A stretch of 64,000 nucleotides of DNA from Eledone cirrhosa (GCA_964016885.1 OZ024740.1:269576001-269640000), one strand, 5' to 3'. Shown: positions 1-13,649, numbered from the stretch's first letter. The notes: generated by a model from the letters alone, not told the origin. Numbers and translations: made by a program.

Positions 1-391
1 TAGAATACTTGCCTGAGTTATTTTCGACGAGCCATAGTGTCGGCATTCATAATGCATGTACTACATTCCTTCTATTTATATATATATTGATCATTCTTAT
101 TTGAGTAGAATACGCTTCGCTGATGACATTTAATTAGACCGAAACATGCTTTCATCAGTCGGCTTTACAAAGACAATCTACTTATATGTGCACAGTCAAT
201 GTATTCCAGAAATTTCCATCAACTGCACTTATTACTTATTTCTCTCGCTCGTTTTTCCTTTCATTTCAAACACTCTAAAGGGAGGTTATTTTTCCATTAA
301 TTATAAAAATAATCTTGGTCATGCGATGTTTACAACTCACTATGTTACATTTATGGGCCTCTGCTTTCTGTATATTGTTTGCAAAAAGTTG

Positions 392-745
392 AGGCATTTT
401 CCTTCAGTCATATTGTTCGTGTATTTTCCACCCTTTTTTATAATTGTCTCTACTTTTAGCATTACTGGTACTTTATTTTATCGACCCCGTAGGGATGAAA
501 GGCAAAGTTAACGTCGGCGGGATTTGAACTCAGAATGGCAAGGGCCGTTACTCTATGCGTTTCTGAGTTCAAATCCTGCCGAGGTTAACTTTGCCTTTCA
601 TACTTACGGGGTCGATAAAATAAAGTACTAGTAATGCACTGGGAAATTGAGCCCTTGTGCTCTTGTGCCAAAAGTAGAAACAATTATAAAAAAAGGTGGA
701 AAATATACGAAACAATACCAACAATAAGACTGAAGGAAAATGCCC
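392..745. repeat. Fold-back duplication: head-to-head SINE pair plus inverted flanking DNA
   Basis: SINE core ttttatcgaccccgt.ggatgaaaggcaaagttaac at ~460-537 is the reverse complement of ~561-640; flank ggcattttccttcagtc (392) pairs with gactgaaggaaaatgcc (~729-745). Confidence 0.8.
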
Positions 746-1343
746 CAGCATTTTTATAATGACATTCTACTGTTGATTCCGTTGTATACGAATACGCAAC
801 TAAAGACGTAAAGGGACTGAATTATCAACGAAAATAGCGAAATATGTGCTTCTTGTAATGACCAACTTTAAAATCACCAATTCACTGATTCAATATTAGC
901 TTCTGTTATTAGCTCATGCTTGTGATGGCAAATAACCTTTGTGCAATCCCTTTAACTCCGAAGTGTATAACACTTTGGCTCTCGTAAAACGTAGAAGTTG
1001 ATTTTCAGTCGTATCTACAACCACGACTACCAACCATTAAGCATTAACCCCCTCCCCCTCCCCTAAAAAAATGCTTCCTTTCTTTATAACTAACACATCC
1101 CTTTTTACTAAATCTGCACCCCACTGAGATTACCCCACTCCAAATCCAGGAACCTATATTTATAAGTGATATTCTCTATAAATATGGTTAAGGAGGAAGT
1201 TGCAATGTCTTTAGCTTTCATGTTCCTCAGATCAACTTCTTTAATTTCTTGATATTTACAAATATCAATCTTTGTTTCTGGATTGTTCAACAAGGGGTGA
1301 ATCAGAACATTTCTGCTCTTAATTTCAACCGTTGCTTTTTTTC

Positions 1344-1992
1344 TTGTATCCATTACTACCGTTATACCGATGTTAAAACCGTTGCTGCTGTAACTATTGT
1401 ATTCATTACTACCGTTATACCGATGTTAAAACCGTTGCTGTTGTAACTATTGTATCCATTACTACCGTTATACCGATGTTAAAACCGTTGCTGTTGTAAG
1501 TATTGTATTCATTACTACCGTTATACCGATGTTAAAACCGTTGCTGTTGTAACTATTGTATCCATTACTACCGTTATACCGATGTTAAAACCGTTGCTGT
1601 TGTAAGTATTGTATTCATTACTACCGTTATACCGATGTTAAAACCGTTGCTGTTGTAAGTATTGTATTCATTACTACCGTTATACCGATGTTAAACATGT
1701 TGCTGTTGTAACTATTGTATCCATTACTACCGTTATACCGATGTTAAAACCGTTGCTGTTGTGACTATTGTATCCATTACTACCGTTATACCGATGTTAA
1801 AACCGTTGCTGTTGTAAGTATTGTATTCATTACTACCGTTATACCGATGTTAAACATGTTGCTGTTGTAACTATTGTATCCATTACTACCGTTATACCGA
1901 TGTTAAAACCGTTGCTGTTGTAACTATTGTATTCATTACTACCGTTATACGGATGTTAAAACCGTTGCTTTTGTAACTATTGTATGCATTAC
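1344..1992. repeat. 53-bp minisatellite, ~12 copies
   Basis: Unit ttgtatccattactaccgttataccgatgttaaaaccgttgctgttgtaacta recurs every 53 nt (1344, 1397 ... 1980). Confidence 0.95.
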
Positions 1993-3113
1993 ATTTCCTA
2001 TCTTTGCTATTCCTATTTTTATCGCACATGTCTTTACAGAAAATGCTTATTTTAAACTATTGTTACCATTACCACTTTTGGCTATATTGTTAGTACTTGA
2101 TTATTGCTACTCTTATCTCTGCATCTCATAAAAAAAAAGACTGGCATTGATGATTCTGTTGAAATTGGCTGTTAATATATATTTTTAAATGTATTGTTGG
2201 TTTTCATTCAATTTGCTCGGTTATTGTTGTCGCTACTAGAAGATTTTGTTGATGTAATTTTCTAAATTTACCGACCATATGCTACGTCCTCTCAATGTAG
2301 TTTAAATGAAAGGAATTCACAAAAAAAAAACGTCCACATTTTTATCGACAGAATTATGAATGAAATTAAAAGTCACATGGTGAGAGGAAAACTAGTGTTC
2401 TGTATCAATAATCTCATTCCTATCATGACTAAATATGCTTTGAGAAACTTATGTTATAACTTATTGTAAACACAAGTTAAAGAAAAACAATTTTGTTATA
2501 ATTTTCAGAGGCAAAATATTTAATTATCTTGGGCACGAAAATATGAGGATGCCACATACATTTTTTAAAATTAGATAAAAAATAAATAACAATTATTAAT
2601 CCAAATAAAAGAGGAAAACGTGGTAAGAAAAGAACAGGCTAAAACACTCTTCGAACAGAGGAGGAAGGCGGAGATTAATGGAGAGAAACGGCCAGACCAA
2701 CATGGAGCTATGTTATGTTCTCTCGCGTTTTGGTGGGAATATCTAAAATATTTCCAGATAACAAGAGATACGCAGGATAATAGAATTATAGATTTCTTAT
2801 CTGAAATTAATAACAAATTTTGACTGCACTTTTCAGCTGATGTAAAAAAGGGTTTTAGCTAGAGAAAGGAGTAGAAAAAGTATTGAGATGATGTGCAGGT
2901 TGCAAAACTGGTAGATTGTAAATAGAGCGGTGAATAGTATATCGCTGTATCTGACAAGGTAGATACTGAAGTTGACTTTATCACTATAATATTGGAATCC
3001 AATTAACACATTATCACAACACCCTCACCGACCCCACCAACCTATTACATCAATAACAAAAACAATATAAATATATTAGAGTATTGCAGCTTGCTTGAAG
3101 CATTGTGGAACAA

Positions 3114-3781
3114 TAAGTAAATATCTTTAAGTCGTTTGGAAGCCTCGACAATGCAAATGGGTAAATCTCCGGGTAACAAGGTCCGGTGGTGGAGAGAGAG
3201 ATGTAAGTGGGTGTACGTTGAGATGCGTGGTGTGTATAAGATGTGTGAGATGTGTAGAATGAAGGGAAGAGTATAAAGGATAAAAATAAAAATAACAACA
3301 CAAGAGAGAGTTACCTTGGGAGAGATTTAATAGTCCCTATATATTTCGGATTCACATCCATCAACTGGGGGTTTTTTCCGGGGTGGGGGAAAAGGTTGTC
3401 TGTCGGACAAGTCCGGAACGCGTCTTTCGCTGTTTGTTGTTTTGAATATTAAAAACAACAAACAGCGAAAGACGCGTTCCGGACTTGTCCGACAGACAAC
3501 CTTTTCCCCCACCCCGGAAAAAACCTCCAGTTGATGGATGTGAATCCGAAATATATAGGGACTATTAAATCTCTCCCAAGGTAACTCTCTCTTGTGTTGT
3601 TATTTTTATTTTTATCCTTTATATTCTTCCCTTCATTCTACACATCTCACACATCTTATACACACCACGCATCTCAACGTACACCCACTTACATCTCTCT
3701 CTCCACCACCGGACCTTGTTACCCGGAGATTTACCCATTTGCATTGTCGAGGCTTCCAAACGACTTAAAGATATTTACTTA
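3114..3781. repeat. Near-perfect 668-bp palindrome, probably a PLE-derived fold-back, with a hammerhead-like motif in each arm
   Basis: Arms are reverse complements around aatatt (3445-3450) with about 3 mismatches; mirrored ORFs at 3050-3301(-) and 3594-3782(+). Confidence 0.9.
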
Positions 3782-5207
3782 ATATAAATATATGTTTCTG
3801 TTCTTTGATATTGACTCATAAACACCCACAAATTTAAAATGACTAAAGCAATACATGTATGTGGTAGGAACATATTTAATTTCCACGTTTTATTACAACA
3901 AATATGTTAGATTCTATCTGGAAAATGGAAAGATAAAACTAACGATAGCTACTGATCATTAAATATCCATGTCTTAAGTAACGCCGAATATAGATCATTA
4001 TATGAGAGTTGAAAAGAATAAGGTCATTCATATTCGTATAATGTTATTAGTTTCAACTTTCCTTTAACCTCAAAAATGGATTATTTATCGTTTGTTCTTA
4101 AAAGAAATAATCAGCAGAAACATATCCTATGAAATAGTGACAGCTTGAAATTACGATTCTGTAAGAAAACCTATACATCATGAAGCATATTACGTAGATT
4201 TGCTTTGAAAATTACAGGCGAAATTTCCATAAGGTGTTTCTTAAAGAATTTTGAATTTGTATTTATTGCAGTCGACATTAACTCGACAAAAAAAACAATA
4301 TTTATTATTATTACCACTAAAATTTTCTTCAGCGCAACATACTTAAATATTACTATAATATATTTTCCTCGTGTTTATTCATAGCAGAATCTTTATGATG
4401 TGTGGTTTCCATATAAACTACACCATCTTTTAAATGTATTTTTTTACTTTGATGTAAAAGAAAATGTGTAGCAATCAGTATTTTAAGACTTTTCGTTAAC
4501 TTCTTTTTGTCAATATATTTAGACCACTGGGAAAACTATATCATATGATTAGTTGAATATAAATTAGAATTAGCTATGAAGTGTCAGCTAATAATCACAC
4601 ATTGCTTTCAAACATATTTCTATAATATTGCTTAAATATCGAATATTCATTGGTAAATTGTACAAGCTGTAAATAATATCCGAGACTTATTCTTCTTAAC
4701 GAGACATTTAGAAACAATGATGCCCTGAAATATATTTTACCAAAACTGACCGAGAGAAACGTATAGTAGCCTGATCGATTTTGTGTTGTAGTGTAATAGA
4801 TATTTATTCTAAACATTTAGATCATCATCATCATTTCACACCCATTCTGTTAGTTGCAAATTCAGATGAAAACATCTGTCCGAATAGGAACATTAATTTT
4901 ATGCATAATTAAACTCAGCTGTTAGTGAAATTGGCAGCCAATGAAAAAAACATTCCAGAAACATTTCAGTGAGAACTTCATAGAACAGCAGTAAGCCATC
5001 AGCTGTCTCTTTCTATGACATTTCACTTATTAGTTGATCTATTTCACTTACACCTCAATGAAAGATAACTGAACTCCAAAATCATATGGATTATATTTTA
5101 CGAAGAAAACATGGTTCGTGTTTCTTTTTCAAACTTTAGATGACATGAACAATGTAAAGAATGTATTTGGTTATTATTAGGGATTTTAAATATATTTGGA
5201 TTAATTA

Positions 5208-5352
5208 TTATAGAGTTACGCCCCTTTATGGTCTGAGTTCAAATCCCGCCGAGGTTAACTCTGCCTTTCATCCTTACGGGGTCGATAAAATAAAGTACCA
5301 GTAATACACTGGGATAATTGCTGGCCTTGTGCCAAAAGTAGAAACAATTATT
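5208..5352 (+). mobile_element. SINE family A, 5'-truncated
   Basis: B box gagttcaaatccc and body gccgaggttaac...ggggtcgataaaataaagtaccag. Confidence 0.85.
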
Positions 5353-6548
5353 ATAGAATATAACAAAATATAAGTCGGGGTAGCTGTTGTAAACCCTGGG
5401 GTAGACTTCATTAAACAGGCTAGCGTTCCAACTGTGACCATCAATTATTTCATTCAGACATAATGTATCTTTGTTTACATCATCCAGTGTGTTCTTTTAT
5501 TCACAAGAAATGATGTTTTAAGAAACATTTGGCTGTTATTTCTAGTGGAGCGAGTGACCAATGAAATAATCCATCATTGGCTCTAGGTAGATATAAGTGG
5601 TTTAAGTTAGTTATGATATCAACAATACGTTGAATCAAATAGAATTCTTCTAAGATTAAATTATTCGTGACCGAACTCTCAATAGTATACACATCGAAAA
5701 CTACAGTAGCATACTCAACTTATTATGCATTGTACGTTTTGTTACTTTATAGAATGTTTTGTACATTTATATCACAATTCATTAGTTTTCTAGAGTGGTG
5801 GCTATGTTGTCGGCAGGTGTACAAGACTGGGTATGATGCACTCTAAAGAAATAAGTGCATTGGTTGTTATTTGAGACATATGATGTCAATATATCTATAG
5901 ATCTCATTCTGCGGCGGTCGGCCATCGAAACTTATTCTTGTCAAAACATTGGTTTCTTTAACCATACAGTTATGCGAAAACATTTAGAATCCCAAAAGTG
6001 TGTAACTTCAAAGCAAACGCCTTCATATTTTCCAAAAGCACTCAACATAATTAGAACAGTATTGAAGAACGAAGAGAAAATTTAATGGAAACGTCTCTTT
6101 GAGAGATTTGCCCTGCTTATATAGTTGATGAAAATGGATTATCGATCTTATATATTAATCTAGTTATCATAAATCAATATGTCTAATACATCCATTATTT
6201 CTTTTCTATATTTTAAATAAGATTATTTTAATCAATTGCAATAAATTGCTAACAATGGTGAGGTCTGAAACAATCATGAAATTTCCAGTTGCAACTACTA
6301 TACTTATGTCCTTAAAGTACATGTGTATAACAACGTTATAATAACGTTTCCCTTACCAATAATTTGTGCCGAAAAGAATAAGGTTACAACTGATTTTACT
6401 AAATAAAACGATTTCGATATTCTCTATATTTGTTTTGAAATCTAGAGATAAGAGCCTCTCGAACCATGATTTATCTCGGTTTATTTTCCAATAGATTGTT
6501 TTGAGCCTTGAGAAGAAAATGAATCTCATAATTCAATGTGCTATTCAT

Positions 6549-6732
6549 TTGGCAGTATCGGTAGAGGGTCGGTCGCCATGCTTTCCAGCATAGAGTTACG
6601 CCCCTTTATGGTCTGTGTTCAAATCCCGCCGAGGTTAACTCCGCCTTTCATCCTTGCGGGGTCGATAAAATAAAGTACCAGAAATGCACTAGGATAATTG
6701 CTGGTCTTGTGCCAAAAGTAGAAACAATTATT
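6549..6732 (+). mobile_element. SINE family A
   Basis: tRNA-like head ttggcagtatcggtagagggtcgg, B box gttcaaatccc, same body and tail as other copies. Confidence 0.85.
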
Positions 6733-6734
6733 TT

Positions 6735-6843
6735 GTTGTTGTAATAAATGGTTTTAATAAGTTGTAATAAGTGGTTGTAATAAGAGGTTGTAATAAGTGG
6801 TTGTAATAAGTGGTTGTAATAATAGGTTGTAATAAGTGGTTTT
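6735..6843. repeat. ~13-bp tandem repeat (ttgtaataagtgg)
   Basis: About 8 degenerate copies. Confidence 0.8.
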
Positions 6844-7308
6844 ATCTCTAATTTTGGTTGGGAAACTTATTCATGTACATGAAAATTACATTTGGTTTAT
6901 ATGTAATGAAGGAACTTTAGCTACATTTATGAATGAACTTCACCTAATATTAAAGCTAACGTATCTATATGACCTATAAACTTTAAAGAAATGAATGCAA
7001 AATGCAGGACAAAAATGTATGGAGTAATGACCCCAGAAATGTTATAGTAAAGCAGCAATCTATTCCACCAAAGTAAAATCAATAATAGTAATAAAGACAT
7101 CACTAAAAAACAAAGTAGATATGAATGTTTGTTTTCTCCCCATTTCGTTTCTGATTGTTCCCGTTTCTTCCTCTTATCACTTTTTATCTTCTATTTATCT
7201 TGTATTTATATCTAAGGACTAGTGTTCGAAACGTTAAGACTCTCTTCTTCCTCTTTCAAGCGTTAAACTAATATATGTCTTCCATGTACTGTGCCGTTTG
7301 TTTAGTTA

Positions 7309-7412
<104 letters not shown>

Positions 7413-8255
7413 CATATGTATGTATGCATGTGTGTGTTTGTGTGTTGTGTGGTCTGTGTGTCTGTATATCCGTGTGTATATATATACATACTAAAAGAAG
7501 TCTTTGATCTACAAGTGTACAAAGAACGTTGAAACAACTCATCCTTTGATATAATATATATATATATATATATTATGTGTTATTACAAGTGTTATACCTA
7601 TACGACTGGTTTCCGTTTTGCACAATTGGAAAGGAATACCAAATTTATAGTGTTTATATAATCTAATAAATGCCCTAAAGGAGGCAGTCTATCTATTTTG
7701 TATGTGAAATGTTTGTTTGGTATGAGGAAATAATCACTTTACTGATATAAAGTGATATAAATCTACACATACGCTCGCACGAACAGACATATATAATCTT
7801 GACTTACAAGTGGAGTAAAATTTCATTCTTTCCCGAGAAAGACGGTTGCCAATAAGGTTCGACTTTAATTTTCATTTATAAAGTTACTACACCTACTTAT
7901 ATGTTAATGCACCTATTATACGGGTATATAGATCAACAGTAGTATTTTATGGCTTTAATAGGGTGCCTTATGCGATGAAATTTAACGAGGAAATCATTTG
8001 TTAATATATCTCCATTTTGTGAAAATCGTAACCTGTTATTTGAGTATTTAATCTTGTGTTTACCTAATACAAAACATTACTTCGCTGCAAATCTTGGAGC
8101 AATTGAAGCTGGTATTTTTATGTTCAGTATCATCCAAAACTTGTTAGACTCATTAATTACACTCTTCTAATTCCCATATATGATTTGTGTTGTATTAGTG
8201 CCCTGTGAAATTTCTCCTGCCATTCATATGTACTTTGTTTTTTAGTGATATTAGA

Positions 8256-8430
8256 TAGGGTGTGGTAAAAACTAGCTAGAGTACTCGATACTTGGAATAG
8301 TACTCGATACTTGGAGTAGTAGAGTGGGTAATATGAAAAGTTTCAGGACCTCGACGGCTGAGCTCCGGCCGTTTCAGCTGTTGTTGGAACGGACGGAGCT
8401 CAGCCGTCGGGGCCCTGTATCGTTTCATAT
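8256..8430. mobile_element. Hammerhead-family-A PLE terminus stub with fold-back
   Basis: Shares agggtgtggtaa...gtactcgatacttg..gtagtagagtgggtaata and gacggctgagctc with copies at 16704, 29100, 29572 and 50755. Confidence 0.7.
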
Positions 8431-8443
8431 ATATATATATTTC

Positions 8444-8595
8444 CTAACTCTCCGTATTGACATTTTTAAGAATGTCAGTTTTGGATCACTCGTTACTTAA
8501 AATTTCATTTTTATCAATACCTATTTTTTCACAGAACAAATCGTTTCAACCACCATCTGTTTTATGTTTCGTGAGGTTTTAGTATTTAGTGATAT
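8444..8595 (-). pseudogene. Diverged copy of the last ~150 nt of the GPCR CDS
   Basis: taactctccgtattgacattttt...cacagaacaaatcg...caccatctgttttatgtttcgtgaggtttt aligns to 20298-~20447 in the same orientation. Confidence 0.85.
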
Positions 8596-8609
8596 CTTTA
8601 TTACTATTA

Positions 8610-9216
8610 CTAGCAGAAAAACCACCCTTCGAGTGGTTTTCTGCTAGCATGTGTAGTGTGTATATTGACAAGTATATATACATGTAGATATGATACATCA
8701 AATAAAATCGTAATTGACAATATACACAGAAATTGAACGAAGACTGCGTTACACTGCCTTATGTAATCAGTAACGTAATGCATGATACATTAAAAAGACG
8801 ATATTATATATAAACAGCATTAGGAGAACATTAGTGACAGAAATATATACTCATAATAGTTATATACTCATACATATAGATGTATGTATGTGCACAATCA
8901 TACGCGTCAGGTGTAGAAAATCATAATCTATCTATCTCTCTCATCACACACTCTCTCTTTCTATATATATGGTAGTTGAAGTGGTGGTGGTGGCGACCAT
9001 ATACCGGAAGTGCAACTTTGAAAAGAAGTCGATTTTAAATTATTTATTTTTACGAAATTATTTTTGTTTACGAAATTATTTTTGTTTACGAAATTGAATA
9101 GATAAATTATGTAATATTCATTCATTATTTATTCAAAGTAATCCAACTCATTTTACAAACGGGATAAAAAAAAAACCGTACGCAATTCCGCAGACCTACC
9201 TTTATTATAGTTTAGA
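8610..9216 (-). mobile_element. Non-autonomous Helitron
   Basis: Minus strand starts TC (tctaaactataataaagg) and ends in a hairpin plus CTAG. Inserted at A|T with no TSD; the empty site is visible in the paralogous arm at ~7070-7095. Confidence 0.75.
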
Positions 9217-10384
9217 TTGAGTTTACTTTGGTGGAATAAATTGCTGCTTTTCTGTCACACTTCTGTTTCGATGGGCTCATTACTTACTCCATACATTTTT
9301 GTTTTGTATTTTGCATTCATTTCCTTAACACTTATCGTCATTTAGATACATAATGTTTAATATTAGGTGAAATTCATTCATAAATGTAGCTGAAGTTCAT
9401 TCATTACATATAAACCAAATGTAATGCTTATGTACATGAGTAAGTTTCCCGACGACTGTCTTCAAAATTATAGTTAAAACCACTTATTACAACAACATGA
9501 TTATGAATAGTACAGAGATATATCATGATTTAAGAGGCACTTTTTTCTACATTTCAAATCAAATATACCAAGTACATTTCCATCTACTTAGATTGAGTTT
9601 TTTCATTAAAAGGCAGTCATTGAATCTAAAACAAGAGGAATTACAACGCATTTAAACAATATATGAAATTTAAAGATAATGAAATGAACAGTTACACCTT
9701 TTTTCATTATACAGAAACAAAGCAACTAAACTCAAAAACATTATGGTAAGGTTAGTTTTTTGTTTCAAATTCAAATAAGCCCAAGACTTCAAATGTTTAC
9801 ATATTTAGAAGCTATGACATTTTCACAAAACGCAGACATTAACAAATTGTTCCTACCTAAATTCTCCCGAAAAAATGCATAACTGAAAAATATGAAGATT
9901 ACTGGTGTGCAAAAGGATTTCAAAGCATGATTTTGTATAGAGTGAGCATGTCTTTAAAATACTCATAGTAAGGGCTGTTATCATGGATGTGAATGGAAAG
10001 CGAACAACAGTAACAAGTGATGAGAAAAAGGAAATTGTTTAGTCGGAATCACAGTGAAAAGACATCAAAGATTATACAAGTGTACAACAGTGTAAAACTG
10101 CTGTAAGATCTTGCAAACATGCTGCTTAAAAATAATTATATTCGTTGTAGTTTATTTTCTTTACGCTAACATAAGTGGTCTGAATAATCAGTTACCCGAT
10201 AATAGAGGTCTAACTGTTACATACGAAAGTCTCACAAAGAATTGCGCGTAACGAATACAAAAACAGGAAAGAATCACGTTTGGATATACTCACCTTAGCT
10301 TAATGCCGATTAGTGATAATTGTAGTGCATAGTGAAGCGGTGAACATTTGAATGAAGGTGGATTTCAAATTGGCGCCAGGTCTG

Positions 10385-10459
<75 letters not shown>

Positions 10460-10617
10460 TATATGTGTGTGTGTGTATATGTGTGTCTGGTCTGTGTGAG
10501 TGTGTATGTATATGTGTGTCTGTGTGTGTGTGTGTACCTATATGCGTGTATATGTATATATATATATATGAATATATACGCATAAATGGGTGCACATATA
10601 CACACACATATATATCT

Positions 10618-10684
<67 letters not shown>

Positions 10685-10865
10685 TAAATCTACCAAAATG
10701 TACGGTAGTGTCCAATCTGTATGAAGAACTCAATGTAATCCGAATATCATGAAAAGAGAAGATGTATTCAAAAAATTTTTTCGGTGAAAATTAACGGAAA
10801 ACAGAGTCAAGATAAATTAATAAAATAATGAATAAACAAAGAAACAGTTCCTTATATTAAAAAAT

Positions 10866-11001
10866 TCATCATTTTACGATCGTTTCTAGGATATATATGT
10901 TAGTGTTGGTATGCATATCCTATAGATGTATGTAAAATTTTTACAAACTATCAGAGGGAATATACATACCTACACATATATATACTGTCTTCAGAAATAA
11001 T
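10866..11001 (-). ncRNA. Type I hammerhead motif in the inverted pLTR arm
   Basis: attattt-CUGAAGA-(~100 nt)-GAAAC GAUC GUA-aaaugauga on the minus strand. Confidence 0.65.
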
Positions 11002-11180
11002 TGTTTCTACTTTAGGCACAAGGCCAGCAATTACTCAGTACATTACTGGTACTTTATTTTATCGACCCCGTAAGGATGAAAGGCAAAGTCAACCTCGGCG
11101 GGATTTGAACTCAGATCGTAAAGGGACGTAACTATGCTGGAAAGCATGGCGTCAGACCCTCTACCGATACTGCCAATCCA
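11002..11180 (-). mobile_element. SINE family A with 17-bp TSD
   Basis: TSD ctgtcttcagaaataat at 10985-11001 and 11181-11197; empty site in the right arm at ~15414-15430. Confidence 0.92.
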
Positions 11181-11187
11181 CTGTCTT

Positions 11188-11650
11188 CAGAAATAATGCT
11201 ATTTGTTTATTGAAAAAAACCAACAAAGATTTAATACAATAGGTCTGTTTGGGAACAGGTTTTGAATTGACCAATAGAAAGATAGTGAAGGTCAAGATAG
11301 TAATATAGTAGTAAAAGAACCTTAATTTATGGGTAGAGGAAGGTAGATTTCAGTTTTGGATGGAAAGAATATTATGAATGAAAGATTATTTTAGGGATGA
11401 GAATAGGTCATATGCTGACCTCAGAAATAATTATATTTGTTCATTGAATAAAACCAACAAAGATTTAATATAGTAGGTTTGTTTGGGAACAGGTTTTGAA
11501 TTAACCAATAGAAAGGTAATAATTGGCCAAATGGTAAAATAGTAGTAATTGAAATTTATTTTGGGGTAGAAGAAGGCAGATTTCAGTTTTGAATGGAAGG
11601 AGTATGGAGAATAAAAAGTTTATTTTAGGGGTGAAAATAGGTCAGGTCAG
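11188..11650. repeat. ~235-bp diverged tandem dimer within the pLTR (mirrored at ~14970-15425)
   Basis: cagaaataat...ccaacaaagatttaata...gggaacaggttttgaatt...aataggtca occurs twice in tandem. Confidence 0.8.
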
Positions 11651-12340
11651 TAAAAGGTAACACGAAAAGTTGCTGTTATAAAAGAATAATGCCAATGTAA
11701 ATATCTAAGGAGACTAAGATTTTACGATAAAAGTGTTAGTGAAAAAAATATATATGGAATTTACATATATGAAAATAATATAAATTAATTTAATTGATGG
11801 ATATATTTATATTGATAAAATAGATATGATAAATAAGAGTTAGATGTAATTGAAGAGTGCTGTTAAAGACGAGGGGAAATTAAATAAATATAAAAAGAAT
11901 ATATATATATATATATAATTATTGGGGGGGGGGGGAGTTAAATTTATTAGTGAGATATAATAAATATATAGAGATTTCAAGGAACATAGAATCATAACCT
12001 GAAATTAAAACATTATATATGTTTACTTAATGGTATCAATTTTAGGAAAAGATAGTTGTAAGAAGGAAAGTAAAATTATGTAGTTCATCAGTAGTAGAAT
12101 ATTAATTATAGGTTAACTAAATTAAAAATAGTTTTTATATTAATTTCTAAAATGTATATTAATTAGGTTTATAATATTTAAACGTTTTTCTCAGTTTATG
12201 ATTACACGATATTATTCATTCCTGTCGCTTATTTAATAGGATATCCTTAGATTTCATTATTTCAAAAAGTTCTTGGGAACATAATCTACATTCATATCTA
12301 TTATTTTGATAAGAGGTGGCCCTTTTGAGCACACTCCAGC

Positions 12341-13495
12341 TCTGACAAAACTGGAAATCTGTATCACATGGATATTGAAAATTACAATGAGTTCATAAAT
12401 AAAGAACTCAGGAAAAATTATAAAAAAACAAACAATGCGTCACTCACCAACATCAACAACAAAACACACAACATAGTGAATAGACTTAATATTGAAGATA
12501 GAACTGAACCTTTGGCACTGAAAAGACCACATTTCAACCTGAAAGATCATAAATCTAACTTTAACTCTAATCTTTATATAAGGCTTATATGCCCTTCCAT
12601 ATCTGATATTGGAATCATTAGTAAAAATTTTTTAGATAGGGTCATCCCACAACTAAGAAAACATGTTAATTTACTACTCTGGGAAAACACATCCCAGGTA
12701 ATTAACTGGTTTAATAATATTAGAAATAAATCTTCTGCTTCATTTCTACAATTTGATATAGATAATTATTATTCCTCTATATCACCTATACTCCTGAACA
12801 AAGCCTTGATATTTGCTAAAAATAGATCTAACTTAACTTTGGATGACATTAATATTATTACACATGCTAGACAAACACTATTGGAATTTCAAAACACATA
12901 TAGTAATCTATTCGATATTACTATGGGCTCAAGCGATTCTGCCCAAATTACTGATCTTGTGGGCCTCTTTCTTCTTTTTAACATAAATGCTTCCTTTCCC
13001 CACCTTAAAGGTGGTTTATATCGTAACGACTGTCTTCTTCTTTCCAATAACCCTAGCCTTTCAGAGATAGAAAAAAATAAAAAGCTTATTAGAACTTTCC
13101 TCAAAGACTATTATAGTCTAGATATTACATTTGAAAACACAAGTAAAATAGTTAATTTCCTTGATATAACATTAGACTTATCTACGGGTATCTACCAACC
13201 TTACCATAAACCTAACCAAAATTTACATTACATACACTCACAATCTAATCACCCTGAATCTATCCTTATAAACATTGCATATAATATCTCACTTAGAATG
13301 TCTAATCTTTCGTCTAACCAGGATGTATTTGATAAAAATGCGACCTTCTATAACGAAGCTTTAGCTAGAAGTGGCCACACAAATAAATTAGCATATATAC
13401 CTTGTACCAATAACACTACAAACATACAACCTAATATTACCAACAAAGACCAAATGAAACATACACACCTAAATGCCACTCACACTATACCCTAA
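12341..13495 (+). pseudogene. PLE reverse transcriptase, 5'-truncated and defective
   Basis: Motifs SDKTGNLY, LKDHK, RLICP, QFDIDNYYSSI, FDITMGS, VNFLDITLDL, SNHP; catalytic YRDD reads YRND. Confidence 0.9.
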
Positions 13496-13649
13496 AATAC
13501 CAACATAAAACCAAATTTCTCTAACTCTTCTAATATACAATATAGTAACTCTCAAAAAACTACTCATCCTACTACTCTAATAAATGTTAATAATAAAACT
13601 CCTAATAAACAAGCTAAAACATGTAAAACAATAAATCTAACTAAAAAAT

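Noticed and set aside
1344-1992. CRISPR-like regular array
   Set aside because: Head-to-tail units with no unique spacers and no cas genes in a eukaryotic context; a minisatellite. The same applies to the arrays at 24421 and 51610.
7210-7242. Hammerhead-like remnants here (ctaagga..gaaacgtta) and at ~22865-22900, ~49080-49120 and ~55537-55576
   Set aside because: Cores too degenerate to call individually, though they may be decayed PLE termini.
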